Shown one piece after another: positions 53,912 to 62,050 of a DNA stretch of 64,000 nt. The notes beneath the pieces were generated by a model, which saw only the letters and a program-made list of their open reading frames with translations, did not search any database and was not told the origin of the DNA. Source of the DNA: Oscillospiraceae bacterium. Its GTDB lineage: Bacteria; Bacillota; Clostridia; Oscillospirales; Ruminococcaceae. The DNA is taken from positions 101,351 through 165,350 of the forward strand of contig JAJQGJ010000002.1 of the NCBI GenBank assembly GCA_021200565.1, given 5' to 3'. Each line of letters begins with the position of its first letter. Position 1 is the stretch's first letter. The position numbers and the translations under genes were made by a program.

Positions 53912-54101
53912 GAGCTTCCGATATTTCGTAATAGTCGGGTTTTCGTTTCTCCAGTAGGCGAGGGCGTCGAGGGTGTCCCGATAGGTTTTCGACTGCTTGT
54001 AGTCAGAAACCGCACTTACAAGGAACCCTCAAGCTCCCGTTCCCCTTTCTTTGCCTTTTCCAGATCCTGATATGTATACACTTGTTTATATTTCCCCTTT
54101 C

Positions 54102-55322
54102 TCAGAGCAGCCTGAGATCACTCAGCCCCTGCTCTGTTCTTCTTTTTGCCAATATCGTCGACGAGAAGTATCTTATCTCGTCCATTGCGTGGTCATTCTC
54201 TTTCACTACTTTGTCGTTTCCTGACTTATCGTCCCAGCGATAGAGCGAGAATTCCCTGAGCGCATTCTTGCAGCTGCGGTGAATCTTAAGCTTTCCGGAT
54301 TTTAAGAACCCAGCCGTCAGCCGGATGCCGTTCATAACGTCGTTGTCGGCTTTTTTCACTCTGAATTTTCCCTTCTTTCTGATAAGAGTTATAAAGCTTG
54401 ACGCCGACGGATCGATGATGACATACCGAACCGGCAGGTCAGAAGCCAGAGCTTCAAGTGCCAGGTAGTAGTCTTCGTCGGTGAGCTGCTTCTTCTCGGC
54501 TCTTCCGTCATAGTAGTATTCGGAAATTCTTGTGGCGACGCCATTCGAAACGCACCACAGCCCCATCGAGCAGGGATTCATCGTCCCATAGTCGCAGGAG
54601 ATGTAGTATTCGCCGTGAGCTGGAATTTCGTCTGTCAGGTACTCTTCGCTCATGTCATAAACCAATCCCTCCGCCAGAATCCATCTTCCCTCAATGTACC
54701 TTTCGTAGAAAGCACCAGAATAGTAGCTCTTGTAGCGCTCTATAATCTTTTTCGAAAGTGACGGGTTATCTTCGAGATTAAAGTGGAGATAAAGAACGTT
54801 TCTCTCATCAGCTTTCAGAATCCATTCCCGATAGAACCAGTGCTCCGGGGATTCCGGATTGCAGGAAAACCACAGCTTCGAGCCGTCAACCGAGCATCTC
54901 GCCACCGCCTGAGATACAAACGACTTCGGCATCAGTGCGACCTCGTCGATAAGTGCTCCTGCAAAGGTTCTTCCCTGAATCAGCATGAAGCTCGACTCAT
55001 CCTTTCCTCCGAAAACCTCGAAAACGTTTCTGACACTGCCCTGAGAGACCTCCATGACTTTACTTGATGGCTTCCACCTGATGTGGTACTTCTTGTTTGA
55101 GTAGCTCATCGACATAAATGGAAGTATGATGTTCTTGATTGCGCCGTCAGCCGTCTTCCCGCAGATTCCGAACCGCTGCCCGGAAAAATTCGCCATCGCC
55201 CAGTCTACGAATGCAACCGTCATCACCGAAGTTTTTCCGGAACGGATTGCGCCATCGCAGATGAGCGCGTCATAATCCGACTCCGCAAACGCAAAAATCT
55301 TTTTCTGCTTCTCACTGAGCAA
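54102..55322 (-). CDS. terL: Terminase large subunit (PBSX/Terminase_3-like)
   Basis: The Walker A-like motif DGAIRSGKTS lies near the N-terminus, with a C-terminal nuclease domain. Length is 406 aa. Confidence 0.88.
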   Translation of the reverse strand: MLSEKQKKIFAFAESDYDALICDGAIRSGKTSVMTVAFVDWAMANFSGQRFGICGKTADGAIKNIILPFMSMSYSNKKYHIRWKPSSKVMEVSQGSVRNVFEVFGGKDESSFMLIQGRTFAGALIDEVALMPKSFVSQAVARCSVDGSKLWFSCNPESPEHWFYREWILKADERNVLYLHFNLEDNPSLSKKIIERYKSYYSGAFYERYIEGRWILAEGLVYDMSEEYLTDEIPAHGEYYISCDYGTMNPCSMGLWCVSNGVATRISEYYYDGRAEKKQLTDEDYYLALEALASDLPVRYVIIDPSASSFITLIRKKGKFRVKKADNDVMNGIRLTAGFLKSGKLKIHRSCKNALREFSLYRWDDKSGNDKVVKENDHAMDEIRYFSSTILAKRRTEQGLSDLRLL

Positions 55323-55334
55323 TCTCCCACCTCC

Positions 55335-55586
55335 TTACTCAGACTTGTCGCTCTTAAGCTCCTTCAAAAGCTCGAAAATGCTCTTGCTCAAAGGATCATC
55401 CGCACAGCCACCGCTTTCACTCTCCGAAAGAAAGTTGTCCGACAGCGACGATATTGCTCCTGTCAGCTGTGAAACCGTTGCGCTCTGCAGTTTCTCCTCA
55501 TCGTTGAGAATCTCAAGGCACTTTTCTATAATTTCACTCGCCATGAGCCTATTAGAATCGCTAATGTCCCGATTACCCATACTCAT
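55335..55586 (-). CDS. Short acidic protein in the terminase small-subunit position (possibly N-terminally truncated terS)
   Basis: The ATG at 55586 follows GGAGGG. The protein is 83 aa and shows no HTH. The call rests on position upstream of terL. Confidence 0.4.
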   Translation of the reverse strand: MSMGNRDISDSNRLMASEIIEKCLEILNDEEKLQSATVSQLTGAISSLSDNFLSESESGGCADDPLSKSIFELLKELKSDKSE

Positions 55587-55620
55587 CCCTCCGAATTTCA
55601 TATATTCCCAAAAAAAGTAC

Positions 55621-55649
55621 TTGACAAATTGGAAAAAGCTTGATATAAT
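55621..55649 (+). promoter_or_regulatory. Perfect consensus promoter TTGACA-17-TATAAT pointing away from the phage module
   Basis: ttgaca aattggaaaaagcttga tataat. Confidence 0.6.
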
Positions 55650-55732
55650 ACAGTTGTGTGTTTTTGATAACATTCATATTTTTATTTCTCCTTTTTTCTT
55701 TTCCAATCTTTGAAGCAAAGTCGTCCTTAGGG

Positions 55733-55816
55733 GCGGCTTTGTTCTTTGCGGCTTTGTTCTTTATGACGTAATTTCTGCCGCCATAACCGGAAATTTTGTT
55801 CTGAACTTTTGTTCTG
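55733..55816. repeat. Four TTTGTTCT motifs (two perfect 15-bp tandem copies plus two 10-bp copies)
   Basis: gcggctttgttcttt x2 at 55733-55762, and ttttgttctg at 55794-55803 and 55807-55816. Confidence 0.85.
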
Positions 55817-55861
55817 TATTTTATGATACTCCAGAATTCCGATTTGTCAAGCACAAATTTC

Positions 55862-55901
55862 AAAAAAATCTCCCGCAGTCCGAATTTCAGGACTCCGGGA
55901 G
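55862..55901 (-). terminator. Hairpin plus T-run at the right edge of the phage-like module
   Basis: Minus strand: CTCCCGGAGTCC-n8-GGACTGCGGGAG followed by ATTTTTTTG. Confidence 0.55.
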
Positions 55902-55930
55902 GAAAACCAAATAAATTTGTGAAAAAGGGC

Positions 55931-55959
55931 TTGACATCTCATCAAAAATAGCGTATAAT
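55931..55959 (+). promoter_or_regulatory. Perfect consensus promoter TTGACA-17-TATAAT for tRNA-Ser
   Basis: ttgaca tctcatcaaaaatagcg tataat, about 48 nt upstream of the tRNA. Confidence 0.7.
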
Positions 55960-56006
55960 ATCGTAGTTCGGTTGAGGAGTATCTCACGAACGTGTAAACC
56001 AGCAAT

Positions 56007-56099
56007 GGAGAAGTCGCCTAGCCCGGTTTATGGCGCACGACTGGAACTCGTGTATGGGTTGATAGCTCATCGAGGGTTCGAATCCCTCCTTCTCCGCCA
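56007..56099 (+). tRNA. tRNA-Ser (anticodon GGA)
   Basis: A 93-nt class II tRNA with a long variable arm: GGAGAAGTCGCCTAGCCCGG...CACGACTGGAACTCGTG...GGTTCGAATCCCTCCTTCTCCGCCA. Confidence 0.92.
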
Positions 56100-56103
56100 C
56101 TAA

Positions 56104-56128
56104 AGAGCCCTGGATGGGGCTCTTTTTG
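56104..56128 (+). terminator. Intrinsic terminator after tRNA-Ser
   Basis: AGAGCCC-tggat-GGGGCTCT followed by TTTTGTT. Confidence 0.7.
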
Positions 56129-56154
56129 TTATACGCAATTATTTCTCTTGCCTA

Positions 56155-56183
56155 TTGCTTTTTACAAAATAATTGTGTATAAT
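56155..56183 (+). promoter_or_regulatory. Promoter TTGCTT-17-TATAAT for the Panacea-domain operon
   Basis: ttgctt tttacaaaataattgtg tataat. Confidence 0.6.
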
Positions 56184-56229
56184 AGAAGTGTATCGAAGGT
56201 ATAAGTCTATTTAAAAAGGAGATGATCAT

Positions 56230-56883
56230 ATGAGAAACGTAATTGATTTCGCTAAATACTTTATTAAAATCGGTGCCGACTCAGTTCCGAACACATATGA
56301 TGGCAACATGAAATTGCAAAAGCTCCTTGCCTTTGCAAACATGATCAGTATAGCCGAATATGGCGTTCCTCTCTATAGTGAAAACGTTCTTGCTTTCAAG
56401 GACGGATTTGTCGTTGAAAAAATCAGACTCAGATACCAAAATGACTATGCTGGACTGAAAGCCGACAGTGATAGATTCGAGCCTGATTTTACAAGTGAGC
56501 AATACTCTGTTCTCATTATGACGCTTGGAATATTCGGTGACGTTCCTGCAAGACAGCTCTCCGATTTGAGCCATACATTCCAATCGTGGCAATCAACATA
56601 TCCGAGAGGAATGTCAAACAGTGGCTACCATAGTAAAGAAAAATCCATTGTGGATTTCAATTCTTATCCTGAAGACATCCAAAGGATAAAAAAAGCTATT
56701 GATGCCTACAAACACTCCCAAGAATCAGCTGAGAAGACTGAAGTAATAAACGGCATCACTTTCTACTATGATGGCATGACTTTAACTCCGGAAATCTTCG
56801 ATGAACTCGAGAAGTTTTCAAGAGTCTGCGATGACGATGCATATACTGTCTACATGGACGAAGGAAGGTTGGTTATCTATTGA
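56230..56883 (+). CDS. Panacea (DUF4065, SocA-like) domain antitoxin candidate with a C-terminal extension
   Basis: NMKLQKLLAFANMIS...GVPLYSENVLAFKDGFVV matches the KLQKLLYFA / AW..GPV pattern of DUF4065. Confidence 0.7.
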   Translation: MRNVIDFAKYFIKIGADSVPNTYDGNMKLQKLLAFANMISIAEYGVPLYSENVLAFKDGFVVEKIRLRYQNDYAGLKADSDRFEPDFTSEQYSVLIMTLGIFGDVPARQLSDLSHTFQSWQSTYPRGMSNSGYHSKEKSIVDFNSYPEDIQRIKKAIDAYKHSQESAEKTEVINGITFYYDGMTLTPEIFDELEKFSRVCDDDAYTVYMDEGRLVIY

Positions 56884-57233
56884 TGCGACTGTACTCTGTG
56901 GGACAGGCATTGCTCGGAAGAATCCGCTTTGCAGACGGTGGTTTGCCCGAATATGACAGACCATATCTGATTGTCAGCATAAATGAAGATAGCCTTGACG
57001 TGTTAAATATCTCATCGGTCAAAGGCAAAGAGCGAAAGCTGATTTTTCCGTCCAATTTAGAAATTATAAATTACAACCCGCCATTCAGAAAACCATCATT
57101 TGTAAAATTAGACTCACTGGTCACGATAGAAAAAAGTGTCGCCGACTCGATGATTCTTCTTGACAGCGGAAAGCCATTGAATTCATACGAGATGGTCAAA
57201 ATTCTCGATGCTCTGAAAGAATTCAATGATTAA
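56883..57233 (+). CDS. MazF/PemK/CcdB-like (SH3-fold) toxin candidate
   Basis: Its ATG overlaps the upstream TGA (TGATG). The 116-aa protein has G.ALLGRIRF....(n)DRPYLIVS, then SFVKLDSLVTIEKS and a C-terminal helix, the order of elements seen in PemK-like toxins. Confidence 0.45.
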   Translation: MRLYSVGQALLGRIRFADGGLPEYDRPYLIVSINEDSLDVLNISSVKGKERKLIFPSNLEIINYNPPFRKPSFVKLDSLVTIEKSVADSMILLDSGKPLNSYEMVKILDALKEFND

Positions 57234-57247
57234 TCAGGAGATCCACC

Positions 57248-57760
57248 ATGCACACCCTAATAGTAATCGACATGCAAAACGACTTCATTGACGGAGCTTT
57301 GGGCACTGCGGAAGCTGTTTCAATCGTTCCGAACGTCAAAAAGAAAGTTTCTGAGTATCTCAGCTCCGGCGGGACGGTCATCTACACACGTGACACCCAC
57401 ACGTCCGAATATCTCTCCACTCAGGAGGGAAAGAATCTGCCCGTCATCCACTGTGTCAGGGGCACCGAGGGTTGGGAGATTGCCAACGGAGTTTATGCGG
57501 ACGGCTGCAAAATCGTCGACAAACCCTCTTTCGGCTCAACCGAGCTTCCGGAAGTGCTTGCGGAAATCAAGGATCTTAAGTCAATCGAGCTCGTCGGGCT
57601 CTGCACCGACATCTGCGTCATCTCGAACGCCATGATCTTAAAAGCCGCTTTCCCGGAGATTCCGATAACGGTTAATTCATCCTGCTGCGCCGGCGTCACT
57701 CCCGAAAGCCACGAAAATGCCCTTAAGGCGATGGCGGTCTGCCAGATAAAAATCGTATAA
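57248..57760 (+). CDS. Cysteine hydrolase (isochorismatase family, nicotinamidase-like)
   Basis: LIVIDMQNDF, with the catalytic Asp, and the LVGLCTDICV Cys motif. Confidence 0.85.
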   Translation: MHTLIVIDMQNDFIDGALGTAEAVSIVPNVKKKVSEYLSSGGTVIYTRDTHTSEYLSTQEGKNLPVIHCVRGTEGWEIANGVYADGCKIVDKPSFGSTELPEVLAEIKDLKSIELVGLCTDICVISNAMILKAAFPEIPITVNSSCCAGVTPESHENALKAMAVCQIKIV

Positions 57761-57782
57761 GAAAAGCAAAATCCCGTGCCGG

Positions 57783-58409
57783 TCAGCCGCCAGCACGGGA
57801 TATTTTTGTCATGAGAAGCCTGATTGTTATCACGAGGACAAGGGCATACATTGCTCCACTCGTGATGGCGGACAGCGTCAGCATGCTTTCAGCTCCGCCG
57901 TTCACCATGATCAGAGTATTCTGCAAGGACAGCACCGACACGATAGCGTCTATCAGGCTTATCGCCCGAAGCTCCGAGATAAGAATATTCCCGGAGCGTC
58001 TTTTCTTTTTGCTTCCGAAATTCACCAACGCCATGACTATCTTGTAGGTCGTGTACGCCGCCATCGCTATTGCCGGAATCATGCCGATGTTAACCGGCTT
58101 CTCGAACATCACCATAAGTGCTATCGGGCAGATAAGGGCGATATTGAGTATGAGAAGAAAGCAAGTGCTTATCTTTAATGTCCGAAGCCGAGCTTTATTT
58201 TTTCGCTCAGATATAAGAATTATCCCACGGATCAATGTAAGCAGTATGTAATAAATTGCAATGCTCCCGTGCCAGAGGGACAGCGAAGCTATCCCTAAGT
58301 AGCCGTTATACACAGCAAACAGCACGGTTATCCCAAGCGACAGCCATGCTCCTGCAAAAGTCCTGAATTCATAGTCGGTGCGGTATCTCTCGATGAAGCT
58401 ATTTTTCAT
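57783..58409 (-). CDS. Hypothetical polytopic membrane protein
   Basis: 208 aa with about 6 TM helices. It overlaps the upstream TetR gene by 11 nt, so the two are probably co-transcribed. Confidence 0.5.
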   Translation of the reverse strand: MKNSFIERYRTDYEFRTFAGAWLSLGITVLFAVYNGYLGIASLSLWHGSIAIYYILLTLIRGIILISERKNKARLRTLKISTCFLLILNIALICPIALMVMFEKPVNIGMIPAIAMAAYTTYKIVMALVNFGSKKKRRSGNILISELRAISLIDAIVSVLSLQNTLIMVNGGAESMLTLSAITSGAMYALVLVITIRLLMTKISRAGG

Positions 58410-58995
58410 ATCCGCTTTCCGTTCTTACGCATTCCTCGATGATACTTTCAATCGTATCAATGGAGTCTCTGCAATCAGTTGCCAGCCAACGCCTGATTAT
58501 CGCCATAACACCGTTGATATAGTAGTCGATGTAATAGGCGTGGTGCTCTGCGGGAATATCAAATCTCGACATAATCGGCTCAAGGATGTACTTTTTCATA
58601 TAGTCAAACCTGTCGTTTGCCCCGACCCCGCCTGGATTTCTGAATGACGCACGATAGACCGACTTGTTGTCCCTGATGAACTCAAGATAGGGCTTGAGGT
58701 AGCTCTCGGTGATGAGAACCAGCTCGCCGAGGTCTTTATTCTGGATGTTTCCGACAAAGCTCTCGCCGCTCTCAGAAAAGCACGCCCGAAACCTCCTGTC
58801 AATCATCTCAACCGTTTCATTCACCAGATCCCCGATAGTCTCATAGTGAAGATAAAAGGTCGAGCGATTCACGCCTGCTCTTTCGCATATCTCTTTGACG
58901 GTGATGAATTCGAGGTCTTTTCGCTCCAAGAGTTGAAGCAAAGCCTCGTCCATCAGAAGGGCGGTATTGAAATATTTGCTTTCCGATTTGTTCAT
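58399..58995 (-). CDS. TetR/AcrR family transcriptional regulator
   Basis: The N-terminal HTH reads FITVKEICERAGVNRSTFYLHY. Confidence 0.85.
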   Translation of the reverse strand: MNKSESKYFNTALLMDEALLQLLERKDLEFITVKEICERAGVNRSTFYLHYETIGDLVNETVEMIDRRFRACFSESGESFVGNIQNKDLGELVLITESYLKPYLEFIRDNKSVYRASFRNPGGVGANDRFDYMKKYILEPIMSRFDIPAEHHAYYIDYYINGVMAIIRRWLATDCRDSIDTIESIIEECVRTESGYEK

Positions 58996-59019
58996 ATTGC
59001 CACCGCCCTTTCTAAAAAC

Positions 59020-59379
59020 TTATTCTGCCTTGTCGCTTATCTCTTTTGCAAGCCTCAGGATGTCCGAAGCATATTGCTTCTTCCCACTCTCGAGAAGTCT
59101 CTTGTAGATGGGATAGTTGACGCTCACGCCGACAATTCCGATAACGCCGATGATAATTCCAATAACCATCATTAGTATCGTTCCGCCTCCGATAACTCCC
59201 ATGGCAAGGCACATGCCGACACCTAAGACGAGAGTCATCAGCACCCCGAAGGTGTAACCAAACACCTCCGCCCTCGCCCGAGCCTTGTGATCAAGCTTCT
59301 TGAGGGCGACAATTTTACTTGTGTCCTTCGGCGCATAGTCCTTTGCTATTGATTCCGCAACAATTTTGTCTGTGTTCAT
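59020..59379 (-). CDS. Small hypothetical membrane protein
   Basis: 119 aa with two adjacent TM helices in the middle. Confidence 0.45.
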   Translation of the reverse strand: MNTDKIVAESIAKDYAPKDTSKIVALKKLDHKARARAEVFGYTFGVLMTLVLGVGMCLAMGVIGGGTILMMVIGIIIGVIGIVGVSVNYPIYKRLLESGKKQYASDILRLAKEISDKAE

Positions 59380-59464
59380 TTCAAAAGTCTCCTAAACATT
59401 AATTTCAGCCTTGGCTGATGATTTTATTATAGAAGATTTCCAGGTAGAACTGAACAACACGGAT

Positions 59465-60355
59465 TTATTTTTGTGTTGAGTTGAGATCCTGTATACACCC
59501 AAGATACGCCGCCGAAGCTCTTGAGAAGACCTGATACTTCTTCCAGACGAAGTATAGATCCGACTCCAATCTGGGGTGTACCGGCTTGAAGCAGAGCCCG
59601 CTGTCGCCCGACGTGTTTATGAGCCTGTCAAGCCCGATGAGATAGCCGAAGCCCGGTTTCACGAACTGCGAAGCATTATATATCAAATCATACTTCAGGA
59701 CGATATTCAGCTCATCCTCGCTGCGTTTGAGCCAGCGGAACATCTCGCCGGTTTTTGAAGCCTGCTGCGAAACGATAAGCGGCTTGTCCCATAAATCCTC
59801 TGCGGTTATAAATTCTTTTCCGGAAAGCGGGCTGTCCTGCCGCATGAGAACTCCCCAGGTGTCCGTGGTCGGAAGTCGGATGTAGTTATACTTCTCGAAC
59901 CCTGTCGGCTCAGCGACCAGAAGCCCGAAGTCGATAAGCCCCTTGTCGAGCTTTTCGGCAACCTGCTCGCCGTCGCCAGCGTAGATGTGATAATGGATAT
60001 TCGGATACCTTTTCTGGAGCTCGCAGGCGGCGTCCGCCAAGAATGAAATCGCTTCCGACTCGCCACCGCCGATATAGACATCGCCGCTGATGTCATAATC
60101 GGAAGAAATCATCTCGTTTTTTGTCTTCTCCATCAGGTCTATAAGCTCCTCGGCACGTCCCCTGAGAAGCATTCCGTCATCCGTGAGAGTCACTTTCCGG
60201 CTGCCCCGGATAAACAGCTGCTTTCCGAGCTCGTCTTCAAGGTCCTTGATTGCCCTTGAAAGCGGCGGCTGGGTCATGTGAAGCGTCTCGGCAGCCCTTG
60301 AGATGCTCTCCTCCCGAGCCACTGCCAGAAAATATTGAAGCGAGCGTATGTCCAT
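59465..60355 (-). CDS. LysR family transcriptional regulator
   Basis: MDIRSLQYFLAVAREESISRAAETLHMTQPPLSRAIKDLE is a canonical LysR HTH. The ATG at 60355 follows AGGAGGG. Confidence 0.9.
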   Translation of the reverse strand: MDIRSLQYFLAVAREESISRAAETLHMTQPPLSRAIKDLEDELGKQLFIRGSRKVTLTDDGMLLRGRAEELIDLMEKTKNEMISSDYDISGDVYIGGGESEAISFLADAACELQKRYPNIHYHIYAGDGEQVAEKLDKGLIDFGLLVAEPTGFEKYNYIRLPTTDTWGVLMRQDSPLSGKEFITAEDLWDKPLIVSQQASKTGEMFRWLKRSEDELNIVLKYDLIYNASQFVKPGFGYLIGLDRLINTSGDSGLCFKPVHPRLESDLYFVWKKYQVFSRASAAYLGCIQDLNSTQK

Positions 60356-60497
60356 CTGCATCCCTCCTGCATCTATTCTATCACAATATCTCATACTTTT
60401 CAAGTATATCTTGCAATATAATATGCATATTTGATATTACGAGAACGGCGTGCTATAATAATATTGACCCAAAAATATTGATATGGAGGTAATAGCG

Positions 60498-61991
60498 ATG
60501 AAGAAACTTGTTGCAATCCTGCTCTCAGCACTGATGCTCACTTCCTGCGGTGCGGAAGCCGCTTCAGAAGAGCAGACCGACGCAGTCACCAAAGCCACAA
60601 CCACAACTCCCGAAGAAACCGGCTCCACAGAACCCGAGCCGGAAGCCGAATCTCCAGAAGCCTCCGGGAGCAAAATCCTTGTCGCCTATTTCTCCTGCAC
60701 CAACACCACCGAGCAAATAGCCGAATGGATTGCCGATTATACCGGTGCCGATATTTATGAGATAATCGCCGCTGACCCGTATACCGATGAAGATCTCCAA
60801 TACTACACCGGCGGACGTGCCGACCAGGAACAGAGCGACGATTCTGCTCGACCCGAAATTGATGGAACTGTCGAAAATATCGAAGATTACGACGTAATCT
60901 TCTTAGGCTACCCCATCTGGCACGGTCAGGCGCCAAAGATAGTCTATACTTTCCTTGAGAGCTATGATTTCGGAAATGTGACCATCATCCCGTTCTGCAC
61001 CTCGCACAGTAGTGGCATCGGTTCAAGCGCTGAAAACCTGCATTCGCTCGTCTCTGATACAGTCTCATGGGACGACGGCAGACGGTTCTCGGGAGACGCT
61101 ACAGAAAGCGATGTTACAGAATGGATTGAGAGTCTGGATTTACCCGAAAGTGAGGTCAGTGCAGTGTCCGAAGTGGGCGTATTCAACTTTGAAACAAAGA
61201 CAGTTTTACTCAACAGCGGCTACGAGATGCCGATTATGGGGCTTGGAACCTACAGCCTTTCGGATGAAGAATGTGCCGTGTCGATAGCGGCTCTTCTTGA
61301 AGCCGGAGGAAGGCTCATCGACACCGCCTACATGTACGGCAACGAAGCCGCAGTCGGCGAGGCGATTCGCAACTCTGACGTCCCCAGAGAAGAGATTTTC
61401 GTCATCACGAAGCTCTATCCGACGCAGTATTCCTACGCCGCAGAGGCTATCGACGACGCTCTTGAGCGTATGGGGCTCGACTATATCGACATGATAATTC
61501 TGCATCATCCTGGCAACGGCGACGTAGAAGCATATCTTGCTCTCGAACAGGCGGTTGCCGACGGCAAGGTTCGCTCAATCGGACTTTCTAACTGGTATGT
61601 CGAAGAGCTTGAAGAGTTCCTCCCGCAGGTGAACATCACTCCCGCTCTCGTTCAGAACGAAATTCACCCATACTATCAGGAAAACGATGTAATTCCCTAT
61701 ATCCAGAGCCTCGGAATCGTAGTCCAGGGCTGGTATCCACTCGGCGGAAGAGGTCACACCTCTGAGCTTCTTAATGATGAAACAATAGTCGCCATTGCCG
61801 AAGCTCACGGAGTCTCATCTGCGCAGGTGATTCTCAGATGGAATCTCCAGAAAGGCGTTGTCGTAATCCCCGGTTCAAGCGACCCGGATCATATAAGAGA
61901 AAATCTCGACCTGTTCGATTTCGAGCTTACGGACGAGGAAATGGACGCCATCAACGCCCTCGACAGAAACGAAAAGCACGACTGGTATTGA
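60498..61991 (+). CDS. Lipoprotein fusion: flavodoxin-like domain plus aldo/keto reductase domain
   Basis: MKKLVAILLSALMLTSCG is a lipobox. It is followed by a Thr/Glu/Pro linker, then a flavodoxin-like segment (KILVAYFSCTNTTEQIAEWIA...), then an AKR segment (LNSGYEMPIMGLGTY ... IDTAYMYGNE ... LVQNEIHPY). Confidence 0.75.
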   Translation: MKKLVAILLSALMLTSCGAEAASEEQTDAVTKATTTTPEETGSTEPEPEAESPEASGSKILVAYFSCTNTTEQIAEWIADYTGADIYEIIAADPYTDEDLQYYTGGRADQEQSDDSARPEIDGTVENIEDYDVIFLGYPIWHGQAPKIVYTFLESYDFGNVTIIPFCTSHSSGIGSSAENLHSLVSDTVSWDDGRRFSGDATESDVTEWIESLDLPESEVSAVSEVGVFNFETKTVLLNSGYEMPIMGLGTYSLSDEECAVSIAALLEAGGRLIDTAYMYGNEAAVGEAIRNSDVPREEIFVITKLYPTQYSYAAEAIDDALERMGLDYIDMIILHHPGNGDVEAYLALEQAVADGKVRSIGLSNWYVEELEEFLPQVNITPALVQNEIHPYYQENDVIPYIQSLGIVVQGWYPLGGRGHTSELLNDETIVAIAEAHGVSSAQVILRWNLQKGVVVIPGSSDPDHIRENLDLFDFELTDEEMDAINALDRNEKHDWY

Positions 61992-62050
61992 CGCATAGCA
62001 CTCACTTTTGCTATAATAATATCAACAATAAATAACACGGAGGTATACAC

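Larger units (their letters stand above)
47915..55863 (-). mobile_element. Phage-derived head, tail-tip and lysis gene module (cryptic or defective prophage-like region)
   Basis: A collinear minus-strand block: small terminase-like ORF, terminase large subunit, portal, scaffold, major capsid, three structural ORFs, two small membrane proteins and a GH25 lysin. No integrase, repressor, replication, tail tube or tape-measure genes are present. Confidence 0.8.

Noticed and set aside
55573-55863. 96-aa minus-strand ORF upstream of the terS-position gene, considered as a possible phage gene or integrase remnant.
   Set aside because: The Lys/Asn-rich low-complexity translation is produced by AT-rich DNA that carries tandem DNA repeats and a perfect opposite-strand promoter. 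It has no RBS and no domain resemblance. The region is treated as non-coding and regulatory.
55931-56099. tRNA-Ser as the attachment site of an intact integrated prophage.
   Set aside because: The phage-like module faces the 5' side of the tRNA and its promoter, not the 3' end. No integrase is present, and I could not see a duplicated tRNA 3' segment at the other boundary by eye. Only the small TA-like islet lies at the 3' side.
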